From the NCBI GenBank assembly GCA_963662285.2, contig CAXXMV010000001.1, positions 960,001 through 1,024,000 on the forward strand: a stretch of DNA of 64,000 nt, written 5' to 3'. Within the stretch, counting starts at the first letter, position 1. Each line of letters begins with the position of its first letter. This DNA comes from a bacterium. GTDB lineage: Bacteria > Hinthialibacterota > Hinthialibacteria > Hinthialibacterales > Hinthialibacteraceae. Positions 19,495-29,166 of this stretch are shown here, one piece after another. The position numbers and the translations under genes were made by a program. Below the pieces are notes generated by a model that saw only the letters and a list, made by a program, of their open reading frames with translations, did not search any database and had not been told where the DNA came from.

Positions 19495-20892
19495 TCAATC
19501 ACCGATATCAATGGTTCGCAGGTTATATTTTTTCATCAATTCCTGCAGATGACGTCGACTCATTCCAGCCATAATAGCCGATTTGGTCACATTGCCGCTA
19601 TTGGATTTTATAAGTTGTTCTAAATACTGATGTTCGAAAGCCTCTCGCGCCTTTTGAAAGGTCAATTCACTGGGATCAATAAAGACAGCGGATTTTTTTT
19701 CAGGAGTTGGAGCATATATTATTTCTGGCAGGTCGCCTTCTTCAATTACGCCTGATTCTCTCAGAACCATGCAGCGTTGAATCACGTTCTCTAACTCACG
19801 GACATTTCCCGGCCAGGAATAATTCATCAATAATTTCATAGCCTCAGGAGAAATGCTTATAACCGAACGGTTCATTTTCTGGTTGAATACAGTAATGAAG
19901 TGTTCAGCTAATTTGGGTATATCCTCTTTTCTATCGCGTAAATTGGGCAGTTGTATATCAATAATTGACAGGCGGTAATACAAATCTTCCCTGAATGAAC
20001 CTCCCTGAACGCCTTCCTTCAAATCTTTATTTGTAGCAGCGACAACCCGGACATCCACTGATTTATTGCTGACGCTTCCTAAACGTCGAATTTCCCGCTC
20101 TTCCAAAGCGCGCAGCAGTTTAACCTGCAATTCCATCGGCAATTCACCGATTTCATCTAAAAAGAGCGTGCCTCCGTCCGCTGATTCAAACAAGCCGATT
20201 TTTCTCTGATGGGCTCCGGAAAATGCGCCTTTTTCGTGCCCGAATAATTCACTTTCAATCAAATCTTTAGGTAAGGCGCCGCAATTGATGGCAAGAAATT
20301 TTTCATCTTTCCGGTTGGAATGCGAATGAATGGCGCGAGCAACCAGTTCTTTTCCTGTCCCGCTTCCGCCCAGGATTAAAACCGTACTATCGGTTGGCGC
20401 GACCTTTCTGATGAGAGAGAATAGTTCCTGCATGGGGTGGCTTTCACCGATGATGTTATCAATCCCCTGCTGCTCTTCCAACCGCTCCGCCAGATACCGC
20501 GTACGATCCAGTAAACGTTTCCGCTCCAGCGCATTATTGATGATATGGAGCACTTCATCATTATTAAACGGTTTAGTGATATATTCATAAGCCCCCCGTT
20601 TCATAGCCTTAACAGCGGTTTCAACCGTACCAAATGCGGTCATCATAATAACTGATGTATCAGGCGCTTCCTGCTTGATATGGTCTAGAATTTCCAAACC
20701 GCTTTTACCGGGCATACGGATATCCAGCATCACCGCGTCAGGCGCATCTTGCCCGATCATTTTTATTGCAGCATTACCCTCACTCGCCGTTTTAACAGTA
20801 TAACCTTCATCGGTTAACACGCGCTCCAGAATATGGCGCATACCAGGCTCATCATCGACGACTAAAACTGATCCACGTCGCAATTTTCGCAT
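19495..20892 (-). CDS. Sigma-54-dependent response regulator (NtrC/AtoC family)
   Basis: Receiver domain (VVDDE, LDIRMP, KPF), AAA+ GGSGTGKE, ESELFGHEKGAFSGA, FLDEIG, WPGNVREL, C-terminal Fis-type HTH. Confidence 0.93.
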   Translation of the reverse strand: MRKLRRGSVLVVDDEPGMRHILERVLTDEGYTVKTASEGNAAIKMIGQDAPDAVMLDIRMPGKSGLEILDHIKQEAPDTSVIMMTAFGTVETAVKAMKRGAYEYITKPFNNDEVLHIINNALERKRLLDRTRYLAERLEEQQGIDNIIGESHPMQELFSLIRKVAPTDSTVLILGGSGTGKELVARAIHSHSNRKDEKFLAINCGALPKDLIESELFGHEKGAFSGAHQRKIGLFESADGGTLFLDEIGELPMELQVKLLRALEEREIRRLGSVSNKSVDVRVVAATNKDLKEGVQGGSFREDLYYRLSIIDIQLPNLRDRKEDIPKLAEHFITVFNQKMNRSVISISPEAMKLLMNYSWPGNVRELENVIQRCMVLRESGVIEEGDLPEIIYAPTPEKKSAVFIDPSELTFQKAREAFEHQYLEQLIKSNSGNVTKSAIMAGMSRRHLQELMKKYNLRTIDIGD

Positions 20893-21278
20893 ATTTAGTC
20901 TTCCATATCACTTTATCAGCAATTCAATTTTTTCATGCTCATGCAGTTTATAATTATAGAAAGTATATCACAGAGCAATAATTCCGATTCCTATATTGTT
21001 TGAGTGATTCTCAAAATCATGCTCTCTAACAATCACATTTTTTCTTATAAAAGCCAAAGATTACATGATTTTTGAAACACGGACAAAACCACAATAATAG
21101 ATATTACTACAATCCGTGCGCAAAACAGAAGAGAAAACCATAATAATCGATGGCATCCATCTCCTCAAAAAAGACAAAAGCCCGTTATAATATCATTTCT
21201 ATCCATCGTCATGCGTATTGGCTTCTCAATTAGAGAATCTATAGACGCATAAATAACCTTAACCGGAGGATTACAACC

Positions 21279-22556
21279 GTGCTGGATATCAAGTTAATAC
21301 GAGAAAAAAAAGAGTGGGTTGAGCAACAATTACGCCGTCGCGAACCGGACGTTTCTTTAGATGCCATTATATCCCTCGATTCGCAACGCCGCTCTTTACA
21401 ATCCAGAACGGATGAAATGCGTTCTAATCAGAATACTGTCAGCAAAAACATCGCGCAACGCAAAAAAGCCGGCGATTCAGCTGATGATCTTTTAACCGAA
21501 ATGAAATCGCTCTCCGACCAGATAAAACAAAATACGTTGGAACTGCGTGAATGCGAAGAAGCCATGATGAACAAAGTGGCCGAACTGCCCAACATACCTC
21601 ATGAATCGGTCCCCACCGACATGGATAAAAGAAATAACCAGGTCGTTCGCACTTATGGAGAGAAGCGCATTTTTGATTTCAAACCCAAAAACCACCTGGA
21701 ACTGAGCGATATCCATTATCTGTTCGATTTCGAGCGCGGCGCCAAAATCGCCGGTTCGCAATTCCCCCTTTATATCGGATGGGGAGCGGATCTGGAGTGG
21801 GCTTTACTGAATTTCATGCGTGACCATAACCGCGAACGGGGCTACACCTCGATAGTTCCACCATTGTTGCTTAATCGTGAAAGCACCTTCGCATCAGGCA
21901 ACCTGCCCAAATTCGAAGATCAACTATATAAATGCAAAGACGATCCCTTCTATCTTCTGCCCACCAGCGAAATTCCCATGACCAGCCTATACCGGGATGA
22001 AATTCTGAACGAAGAGGATCTGCCCAAATATTTCACGGCGCTCACTCCATGCTTCCGGCGTGAAGCGGGAACCTACGGTTCCGAAGAACGCGGTCTGGTT
22101 CGCGTCCATCAGTTCAACAAAGTTGAAATGTATAAGTTCGTCACTCCCGAAAGTTCCTATGACGAACTGGATAAATTAGTAAAAGACGCCGAACACATCG
22201 TCGAACAACTTGGATTGCACTACCAGACCTCGCTTCTGGTGACTGGCGATATCGGCAATCAAGCCGCTAAAACCTTTGATATCGAAGTTTGGCTGCCGGG
22301 TCAGGATTCATATTACGAGGTTTCTTCTTGCAGTAATTGTGAAGATTATCAAGCCCGGCGGGGAAACATCCGCTATCGCCCAGCCGGTGGAAAGCCTCAA
22401 TTCCTCCACACTCTGAACGGTTCAGGATTAGCCACCCCACGGCTGCTGATCTCCATTCTGGAAAACAACCAGCAGGAAGACGGCTCAATCATAATCCCTG
22501 AAGCGCTGCGCAAATACCTGGGCGGCAAAGAAAGATTGGTCCCTGGCGAGAAATAA
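21279..22556 (+). CDS. serS: Serine--tRNA ligase
   Basis: MLDIKLIRE, LPTSE, CFRREAG, RVHQFNKVE, EVSSCSNC, HTLNGSGLA; SD GGAGG. Confidence 0.97.
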   Translation: MLDIKLIREKKEWVEQQLRRREPDVSLDAIISLDSQRRSLQSRTDEMRSNQNTVSKNIAQRKKAGDSADDLLTEMKSLSDQIKQNTLELRECEEAMMNKVAELPNIPHESVPTDMDKRNNQVVRTYGEKRIFDFKPKNHLELSDIHYLFDFERGAKIAGSQFPLYIGWGADLEWALLNFMRDHNRERGYTSIVPPLLLNRESTFASGNLPKFEDQLYKCKDDPFYLLPTSEIPMTSLYRDEILNEEDLPKYFTALTPCFRREAGTYGSEERGLVRVHQFNKVEMYKFVTPESSYDELDKLVKDAEHIVEQLGLHYQTSLLVTGDIGNQAAKTFDIEVWLPGQDSYYEVSSCSNCEDYQARRGNIRYRPAGGKPQFLHTLNGSGLATPRLLISILENNQQEDGSIIIPEALRKYLGGKERLVPGEK

Positions 22557-22646
22557 GCAAACAAAGTTCCATCTCCCCACAGGATGATCTTTACTCATAA
22601 ATATCAATATTGGAGATTATAGGAAATCCAATTATCTTATATAGGA

Positions 22647-22884
22647 CAATATTGGGTGCCAAGGGCAGTGTATTTTCTGCCCTTGATTCAGGTCACCTCA
22701 TATATTTCGATAATTTAATCAAGGTTTCACTCAATAAAGAGAATTATGATTAACTTTAGAGTTGTTGTAGTTGGAACCATATTTCTATAATTCTATAAAA
22801 AAGATAAAGAATTATAGAAATTATTCAGTTTCTCTTTAGTTATCGTCAAGGGCAGAAAGGACACTGCCCTTGGCACCCGTATTG
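22647..22884. mobile_element. REPIN/MITE-like element of about 240 bp with 39-40-bp terminal inverted repeats
   Basis: Left arm CAATATTGGGTGCCAAGGGCAGTGTATTTTCTGCCCTTGA (22647-22686); reverse complement of right arm (22846-22884) CAATACGGGTGCCAAGGGCAGTGTCCTTTCTGCCCTTGA; AT-rich non-coding core. Confidence 0.7.
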
Positions 22885-23350
22885 ATCTCTACGTAGCCAC
22901 CATTAATAATAAAAAAACTGTTGGATAAAAATCAGCCCCACGGGGCTAGGGTGAGGGCGAAATCCCCAAAAATTCTAACCACTCAAAAACGCCGAATGCA
23001 ATGTAGGGGCGTCTTTCATGGGCGCCTAAAGCCACCCTCTCACCACATAGAGTGAGGGGAAATCTAAAAAAATGAAGAATGACCAATAAAGCACTGATTA
23101 TCCTGCCGATATATAGTATAATACCTTCATATATAGATATTTGTGCTTTTTAGCAGTAGATTATCTCGCCGTCTAAAGTCTGAAGAAAGCAAACAAACTG
23201 CGTGATCTATCCGGTTTTAGAAACGTTATATTTTACGATATAATCAAAGTTGCTTTCAACTCAATAGAACTGACAATTATTGAATATTGAGATAGTTTTA
23301 TCGTTTTACCTAATTCAAGTCATAATTCATCATACTCAGGGAGTTTTCTA

Positions 23351-24295
23351 ATGCCTAAACTGACGCATCTAATCATTCTATGGAGCCTGCTCATCCTGTT
23401 GCTTCCCTTAAGTCTAACCGCTGAAGAATCAACCGATGCTTACCAATTACTAAACAAGTTCAAATCAGGGCGAACAATCTATCTGGACTTATCCACAAAC
23501 GCCAAAGGCGTAATTACTGACAACTCGAACGACAAGCCCGCCCAATCACCCATGGATTACCAAATGGATGCGGTCGCCTCCTACACAACCCAGAGCATCA
23601 GCGACAACCAGTGGGCCAATCTGGAAATCGGCTTCGATCAGTTATTGATATCTGGCAGCTCGATGGGAAGCGCTACGATGGATATGGCTGAACAACTTGG
23701 ATTAAATGAACGAAAAATTAAGGTGCAGGTTAGTCCTGCTGGCGATGTCAAAGAACAAACTGCGCCAACCGGCAAAACCAGCCCAATGGATAATTCAGTG
23801 AAAACCATTACCCGGCAGATGCCTTATTTGAAATTCCCTCAAAATGCCATCCCCATCGGATATTCGTGGCATGAATCAAAACAAATCCCCTTAACCGGCG
23901 CGTCAAAGCCGATAATCTCTCATAGCACATATACGCTTGACAAGATCATTGAACAGGATGGAGAGAAAATCGCCATAATTTCTACCAATACAAGCGTTAA
24001 CGAAAAAGATATTCCCATTGATTCCAATTCTTCTCCCCAAAAAAACGTCAACCTGGTCATCAAATTCATATATCAGGAATATTCCATCAACGGCAATGGA
24101 ATTATCCAATTCAGTATAGACCAGGGACGCATCCTGTCAGTGAAAGATACTCAGAAAACCATCTTGTCCATGCAGGGAAGCACCGATATAGACAAAGCAT
24201 CTTTCAAACAAAATAGCAAACAAGAATTCGTCCAGGAAATCAGCGCCGCATTTACAGAGACGAATCCGTCTACAGATGAAGCAGCAAAACAATAA
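23351..24295 (+). CDS. Secreted hypothetical protein (DUF6263-like)
   Basis: Signal peptide; FPQNAIPIGYSW and G.IQFSIDQGRI pattern; SD AGGAG. Confidence 0.55.
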   Translation: MPKLTHLIILWSLLILLLPLSLTAEESTDAYQLLNKFKSGRTIYLDLSTNAKGVITDNSNDKPAQSPMDYQMDAVASYTTQSISDNQWANLEIGFDQLLISGSSMGSATMDMAEQLGLNERKIKVQVSPAGDVKEQTAPTGKTSPMDNSVKTITRQMPYLKFPQNAIPIGYSWHESKQIPLTGASKPIISHSTYTLDKIIEQDGEKIAIISTNTSVNEKDIPIDSNSSPQKNVNLVIKFIYQEYSINGNGIIQFSIDQGRILSVKDTQKTILSMQGSTDIDKASFKQNSKQEFVQEISAAFTETNPSTDEAAKQ

Positions 24296-24312
24296 AACCT
24301 AAAGATTCTGAG

Positions 24313-25722
24313 ATGATATACTCCATGAAACCTATACGCCTGCTAATCCTGTTGCTGCTGTTAGCCATTGTTGGAAACGCATATCCTGCGGGAAAACCGA
24401 TTACCATACACTCAACTAATTTTTATCTGCCAGGATTAGATAAAGATGTGTTTTACCCGAAAGCTATCAATGCTGATTTCCTGATGAATCCAGACATTGC
24501 ACCTGAATATATCAATAAAACCTTTGAAACATGGACCCAAAAGGGCATCAACACTATCCGTATTAGAGTTGACAGTATGCATGCGCCTGATGATCCATTA
24601 GACCTATATCAGTCTAGCGACGGTCAGCTGAAGCCTGTAATTATTGCCCGGTTGGATGCTCTGATTGAATCGGCGGAAAAACATAATTTGTATATTGTTC
24701 TGGTTCTTTTTGACCTGCAACGCCTTGGCGCCAATTGGGATAAATCGCCCTACAATACAGCCAATGGCGGATCATGCGCCAAATTGTCCGACTGGTTTAA
24801 TCAACCAACCCAAGTATCACTCTCGTTAAATCGAACCGAACAATTAGTCAATAGATACGCTGAACATAATATTTTCGCCTGGGAAATCGGTCGAGGATCA
24901 AACGTCTGGGATCTAAGCAAGCGTCCGAACAACAAACTGATGGAGAGCGTACCTTATTGGTTGATCAGACACGCCAATTTGATACTCAAGATAGATAATC
25001 CACGTCACCTGCTGGCGCTTTCTTTTCTTCCCAATACATATCCTGATACTCTGCTTGGTCTGCCGCATTTCCAAATGCATTTTATTCAGATTGAAGCGCA
25101 AAATACTCTTCAAACCGCCATGAGCGTCGCGCCTTACCTAAACAGTATCAGAGAAAAATTCAAAAAACCTGTTTTCGTGGTTGAACATAACTGGAAAGGG
25201 AATCCAGCAGAACGGGAAGAATTTGTTCATAACCTATTCTGGTCTTCATTCGCAGCATGCAGTGGAATGTTTCTTTCTCCAGTGCAAACCAAGGGTCAAT
25301 ACCAAGTTGCCGATTACGATTTAAGACAAATTCAAGTTTTAGATTTTTTCTTGCCGCAACTCAAATTAAATGGCGCTCCTCGACAGATCACCGTTCCAAT
25401 AAAAATATCCCAGGAAGATTCGTACTTAATTGTAGAGAGTTTGATTGGATATGACAGGTTTTTCTGGTTGCTCCGCAAAAGTCCATCTCAAGATAAAGCA
25501 ATCCTCAATCTAATGACAGTTGAAGGCAAATATCAGAAACAGTGGTTTGATATCGACGCGATGCGCAAATTCCCGATACAGGATTTCACTCTTTTACGCA
25601 AATCATTGATGATTGAATCTGTGCCATTCGAAAGAAGCGTTTTTGGCGTATTACGTCTTATAAAACGAGCCCCAAAAAAAGCAAAACCGCCGGTCTCTCA
25701 ACCAGCGGCTGGTGTTAATTAG
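24313..25722 (+). CDS. Secreted GH5/GH-A fold protein, probably catalytically altered
   Basis: GINTIRIRV, RLDALIESAEKHNLYIVLVL, W..SPYN.ANGG, IFAWEI, KPVFVVE; the NEP motif is absent. Confidence 0.65.
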   Translation: MIYSMKPIRLLILLLLLAIVGNAYPAGKPITIHSTNFYLPGLDKDVFYPKAINADFLMNPDIAPEYINKTFETWTQKGINTIRIRVDSMHAPDDPLDLYQSSDGQLKPVIIARLDALIESAEKHNLYIVLVLFDLQRLGANWDKSPYNTANGGSCAKLSDWFNQPTQVSLSLNRTEQLVNRYAEHNIFAWEIGRGSNVWDLSKRPNNKLMESVPYWLIRHANLILKIDNPRHLLALSFLPNTYPDTLLGLPHFQMHFIQIEAQNTLQTAMSVAPYLNSIREKFKKPVFVVEHNWKGNPAEREEFVHNLFWSSFAACSGMFLSPVQTKGQYQVADYDLRQIQVLDFFLPQLKLNGAPRQITVPIKISQEDSYLIVESLIGYDRFFWLLRKSPSQDKAILNLMTVEGKYQKQWFDIDAMRKFPIQDFTLLRKSLMIESVPFERSVFGVLRLIKRAPKKAKPPVSQPAAGVN

Positions 25723-25736
25723 AAATTTATGTTTTG

Positions 25737-25988
25737 TTATCGGGCGAGAAATTCGAGCGATTGACCACTAAACGTAGAATTAAGAACCAAATAAATCGAT
25801 ACCACAATTATCAAAATCCCTACTCCAATCCATATCAGAGTAGTTTTTAACTGTTTACTATGTTCCGTTTTGCTACGTTTTTTTAATCCCTCAACCATCC
25901 TATCCATTCTTGCAGTATACTCATCGACTGGTTGTTCTTTAGTCTGGACATTTTGTTCTTCTGATGGTGATTCTTGAACTGAATTCAT
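25737..25988 (-). CDS. Small single-TM hypothetical protein
   Basis: ATG 25988 after AAGGAG; charged N-terminus then a hydrophobic helix. Confidence 0.6.
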   Translation of the reverse strand: MNSVQESPSEEQNVQTKEQPVDEYTARMDRMVEGLKKRSKTEHSKQLKTTLIWIGVGILIIVVSIYLVLNSTFSGQSLEFLAR

Positions 25989-26223
25989 GATTTTTCTCCT
26001 TGCTTCGCCCGCATTAATAATTATATCGCAAGAAAGTAATAAGTGCAACTATTTTTTTATTTATTGATACAGTAAGGCGCATATAAGCCATAATAATTTA
26101 CATTATATACCCTAAAAAGCCTAAAACAATGTTAATATAGTACTAAACAATATTATGAGACTTATCCGCCTTGCATCTATATAACTGAACGTGTACATTT
26201 TTCTGGTGTAAGATATGCGTTTA

Positions 26224-26298
26224 TAGAGTTTTCAATAATTATATTCAGATGACAAATCCAGACATGTTCAAAGTTTCTTCTTTTTGACAATCGCTCTA
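26224..26298. repeat. TAGAG-ended MITE-like element
   Basis: Right end TTTTTGACAATCGCTCTA (26281-26298) matches 31729-31746 and 41873-41890 at 17/18; left end TAGAGTTTTCAATAA. Confidence 0.55.
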
Positions 26299-26313
26299 AT
26301 GCGGACGAATCCA

Positions 26314-28161
26314 ATGAACTTTAAATCTTCATCTTCTTATGAAAAATATCAGATAACAGAGACACCTACTGGAATCCGAATTCTAACCAGCATAATGATA
26401 ATCATTACTCTGGTTGGCGCCTTCTGGGCGGGATTATTTCCAATTCGCGGCGCCAATGATCCATGGTGGCACCTTAAAACAGGAGAAATAGTCTGGAACC
26501 ATTTCAAAGACAATGGCTTTCTAACTTTTCACACCTATGATGTTTTCACCTACACCGGCGCCACTACGCCTTGGGTAAACCACGAATGGTTGTCTGATCT
26601 TCTATTTTATGGCGCCTACTGCCTGGGAGACATCCAGGGAGCAATAATCTTTAAAGCATGCATATTCGCTCTAACCATCGCTTTGCTTATACTTTACATG
26701 GTGCGAAATGGCGCCAGTTGGAAGATGGCCTGTCTTGGTTCAGTGATGATCTTATTCGCCTGCCAGACATCACTTTATCTTCGCCCTCCCATTTTCACTT
26801 ACCTGTTTATCGTTATCTTCCTTCATATTATCTTATCATTTCAATTAGACGAATATTTCAAATTGGCTTTTATCGGAGCGATCATAGCTGAAATTGTCTG
26901 GGTCAATCTTCATGGCGGCGCCGTGATTGGAATTCTCTTGATTTTTTTCTGGTGGTTGAGCGAATTATGGTGCTGCCTGATAAACTGGCTTCAGGAAAAT
27001 CCCACTACTCCTTCTTTTAAGCGTCTCGGAACAGCATCAATTATCTTAGGCGCTGTTTGCGTCGCTTCTCTGATAAATCCTTTTACCTATCATATCCATT
27101 TACTTCCAACCAAAGTAATGGGTGACCGGTGGCTGATGTCTCATATCGGAGAATTACAAAGCGCGAATATGCATTACACCAACGCTTTTGAACTGATAAT
27201 TCTTGGCTTATTTCTGCTGCCTATGCTTCGCGCAGGATCGATATGGGTTTATGAATGCCTGGCAATAATATTTTTTGGTCATGAAGCGCTTAACCACATG
27301 CGCCACATCCCCCTTTTCGCCATAGTGGCCGTTCCTCCACTAATATCCGCCCTGGCTGAAGAAAGACGCGCCTTAATGCCTCCTGAGCGAGGTGACATCG
27401 ACTACTCCGGCTTTTGGGGAAAACTAAGCAAAGCCATAAAATGGCTGCTAAATCGTCATGTTGACATTGTAATTGCATTCATTTTGGTCTGTTACGTATT
27501 TGGTTTAAGACCGGGTAAAATTTGGGCAGTTAACTACTCATCCTTCCCTTACCTTAAAACCGATGGATACATCTCTTCGAAATATCCAGTTGCGGCGGCA
27601 AATTTTATTGAACGCTATGAACTTCCGGGAAAAATGTTTAATCATGATAATTTCGCCGGTTATTTAATATGGCGGTTCGCTCCCGAAAAGTACCAAATCT
27701 TCACCGATAGTAGATATGATCTTTGGGGCAGCCGCCTGGCCAAAGAGGAATTGGCGATTATATCAGCCAGGGATATCCCGTTAGGTGGATATAGCAAAAA
27801 CGGCAAATGGCTGGATTTCCAAAATCATTTTAAGACTAAAGAAGAAATCATAGCGTTTTCAAAGAGCCGACAAGAAGAAAGTGCGGGAGAGCCTTTTTTC
27901 GCTGATTTAGGTGATTGGTTGCAAAGTGATAAACCTTATTGGCAATATTTACTGGATGATAAGTATGATATTAATTTCATAATAACCTGGGATAATGATC
28001 CCATCCATATTGATAATTTCCAAAAGCATTTTATGGGATGGTTCCTGGTATTTCGCGAACCGGGATACGTGATTTATCTGCGCGATAAACCAGAGAATGA
28101 TGAAATCCTTAATAAATTCGCGTTGAATCATCAAGAGCATTTACGCAAAAATAACAACTAG
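26314..28161 (+). CDS. Multi-pass membrane protein, GT-C-like glycosyltransferase fold
   Basis: DPWWHLKTG, WVNHEWLS, LRPPIF, WVNLHGG, LINPF, GYLIW, FTDSRYDL. The ORF-track start at 26284 lies inside a repeat, so ATG 26314 is preferred. Confidence 0.7.
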   Translation: MNFKSSSSYEKYQITETPTGIRILTSIMIIITLVGAFWAGLFPIRGANDPWWHLKTGEIVWNHFKDNGFLTFHTYDVFTYTGATTPWVNHEWLSDLLFYGAYCLGDIQGAIIFKACIFALTIALLILYMVRNGASWKMACLGSVMILFACQTSLYLRPPIFTYLFIVIFLHIILSFQLDEYFKLAFIGAIIAEIVWVNLHGGAVIGILLIFFWWLSELWCCLINWLQENPTTPSFKRLGTASIILGAVCVASLINPFTYHIHLLPTKVMGDRWLMSHIGELQSANMHYTNAFELIILGLFLLPMLRAGSIWVYECLAIIFFGHEALNHMRHIPLFAIVAVPPLISALAEERRALMPPERGDIDYSGFWGKLSKAIKWLLNRHVDIVIAFILVCYVFGLRPGKIWAVNYSSFPYLKTDGYISSKYPVAAANFIERYELPGKMFNHDNFAGYLIWRFAPEKYQIFTDSRYDLWGSRLAKEELAIISARDIPLGGYSKNGKWLDFQNHFKTKEEIIAFSKSRQEESAGEPFFADLGDWLQSDKPYWQYLLDDKYDINFIITWDNDPIHIDNFQKHFMGWFLVFREPGYVIYLRDKPENDEILNKFALNHQEHLRKNNN

Positions 28162-28195
28162 CGTAGCACTCTAAAATTACAAGGCCATAATAATG

Positions 28196-28225
28196 AAAAG
28201 CGCCCGATAAAAGGCGCTTTTTTTT
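28196..28225. terminator. Bidirectional intrinsic terminator
   Basis: AAAAGCGCC-CGATAAAA-GGCGCTTTTTTTT between convergent genes. Confidence 0.8.
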
Positions 28226-28259
28226 ATTCAATTTTCTCTAAAATGGCGGTACAAGCGAT

Positions 28260-29036
28260 TTACACTCTAGCCAATCCACGTTCAGAGCGATTAATAAAGT
28301 CGATCATATACTGCACTTCAGGAACATCCGGCATCTCTTCCTGTAACACTTGTATGGCCTTTTGCTCTGAAAGTTTGGAACGCATAATAATCTTGTAAGC
28401 CCGTTTCAGATTAGATATACGTTCTGGAGAATAATTATTTCTTTTAAGCCCGACGCTATTAACGCATCGCGATTTGCACGGGTTGCCGCCGCAAGTAGTA
28501 TAAGGTAAAACATCCTGCCGCACCGCTGAACCACCGCCGATAATTGAATTGCGTCCGATATGAACAAACTGGTGGATGCCGACAATGCCGCCAATAATGG
28601 CATGCTCTTCTACATGGATATGTCCGGCCAATCCCGCATGACTGGCCATAATAACCCGGTCTTCCAAGAAACAATTATGAGCGATATGGCAGTAAGACAT
28701 TACCAAGCAATTACTGCCTACCGTAGTAGCTTCACCCTCATAGGTGCCCCGATTAATTGTTGCATATTCACGGATAGTAGTATTATCGCCGATGATGACA
28801 TAACTCTCATCGCCGCGGAATTTCAAGTCCTGTGGGTCGCTGCCGAGTACAGCGCCATGTTCGATGCGGCATTTACGCCCTATGCTGGTCCATCCTTCGA
28901 TGACGACATGTGATCCGATGACAGTTCCATCACCGATTTTCACATTCTCCCCAATAACAGCATAAGGTTTCACTTCAACATTTTCACCCAGTTCAGCGCG
29001 AGGGTGGACGCTAGCGTTATTGGAGACCAGAGACAT
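28260..29036 (-). CDS. lpxA: UDP-N-acetylglucosamine O-acyltransferase
   Basis: Hexapeptide repeats, PQDLKF, IREYATINRGT, HIAHNC (catalytic His), IHQF, GLKR. Confidence 0.96.
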   Translation of the reverse strand: MSLVSNNASVHPRAELGENVEVKPYAVIGENVKIGDGTVIGSHVVIEGWTSIGRKCRIEHGAVLGSDPQDLKFRGDESYVIIGDNTTIREYATINRGTYEGEATTVGSNCLVMSYCHIAHNCFLEDRVIMASHAGLAGHIHVEEHAIIGGIVGIHQFVHIGRNSIIGGGSAVRQDVLPYTTCGGNPCKSRCVNSVGLKRNNYSPERISNLKRAYKIIMRSKLSEQKAIQVLQEEMPDVPEVQYMIDFINRSERGLARV

Positions 29037-29166
29037 TTATTTTCTTCGTCTTTCTATTTCAGAGTTACTGATATGCATCAACAACTTATCTTACATCTAG
29101 TATAATACCACAGTATTGAAATTATGTTCTGATTTTTTTTCAATTCATATAATATTATTTAGTGGA

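Noticed and set aside
20893-21278. T-box riboswitch upstream of serS
   Set aside because: No T-box consensus or terminator, and the leader is too short.
22557-23350. tRNA or ncRNA gene or integration site in the long spacer after serS
   Set aside because: No cloverleaf, T-loop GTTCGA or CCA end was found; the structure is explained by repeats.
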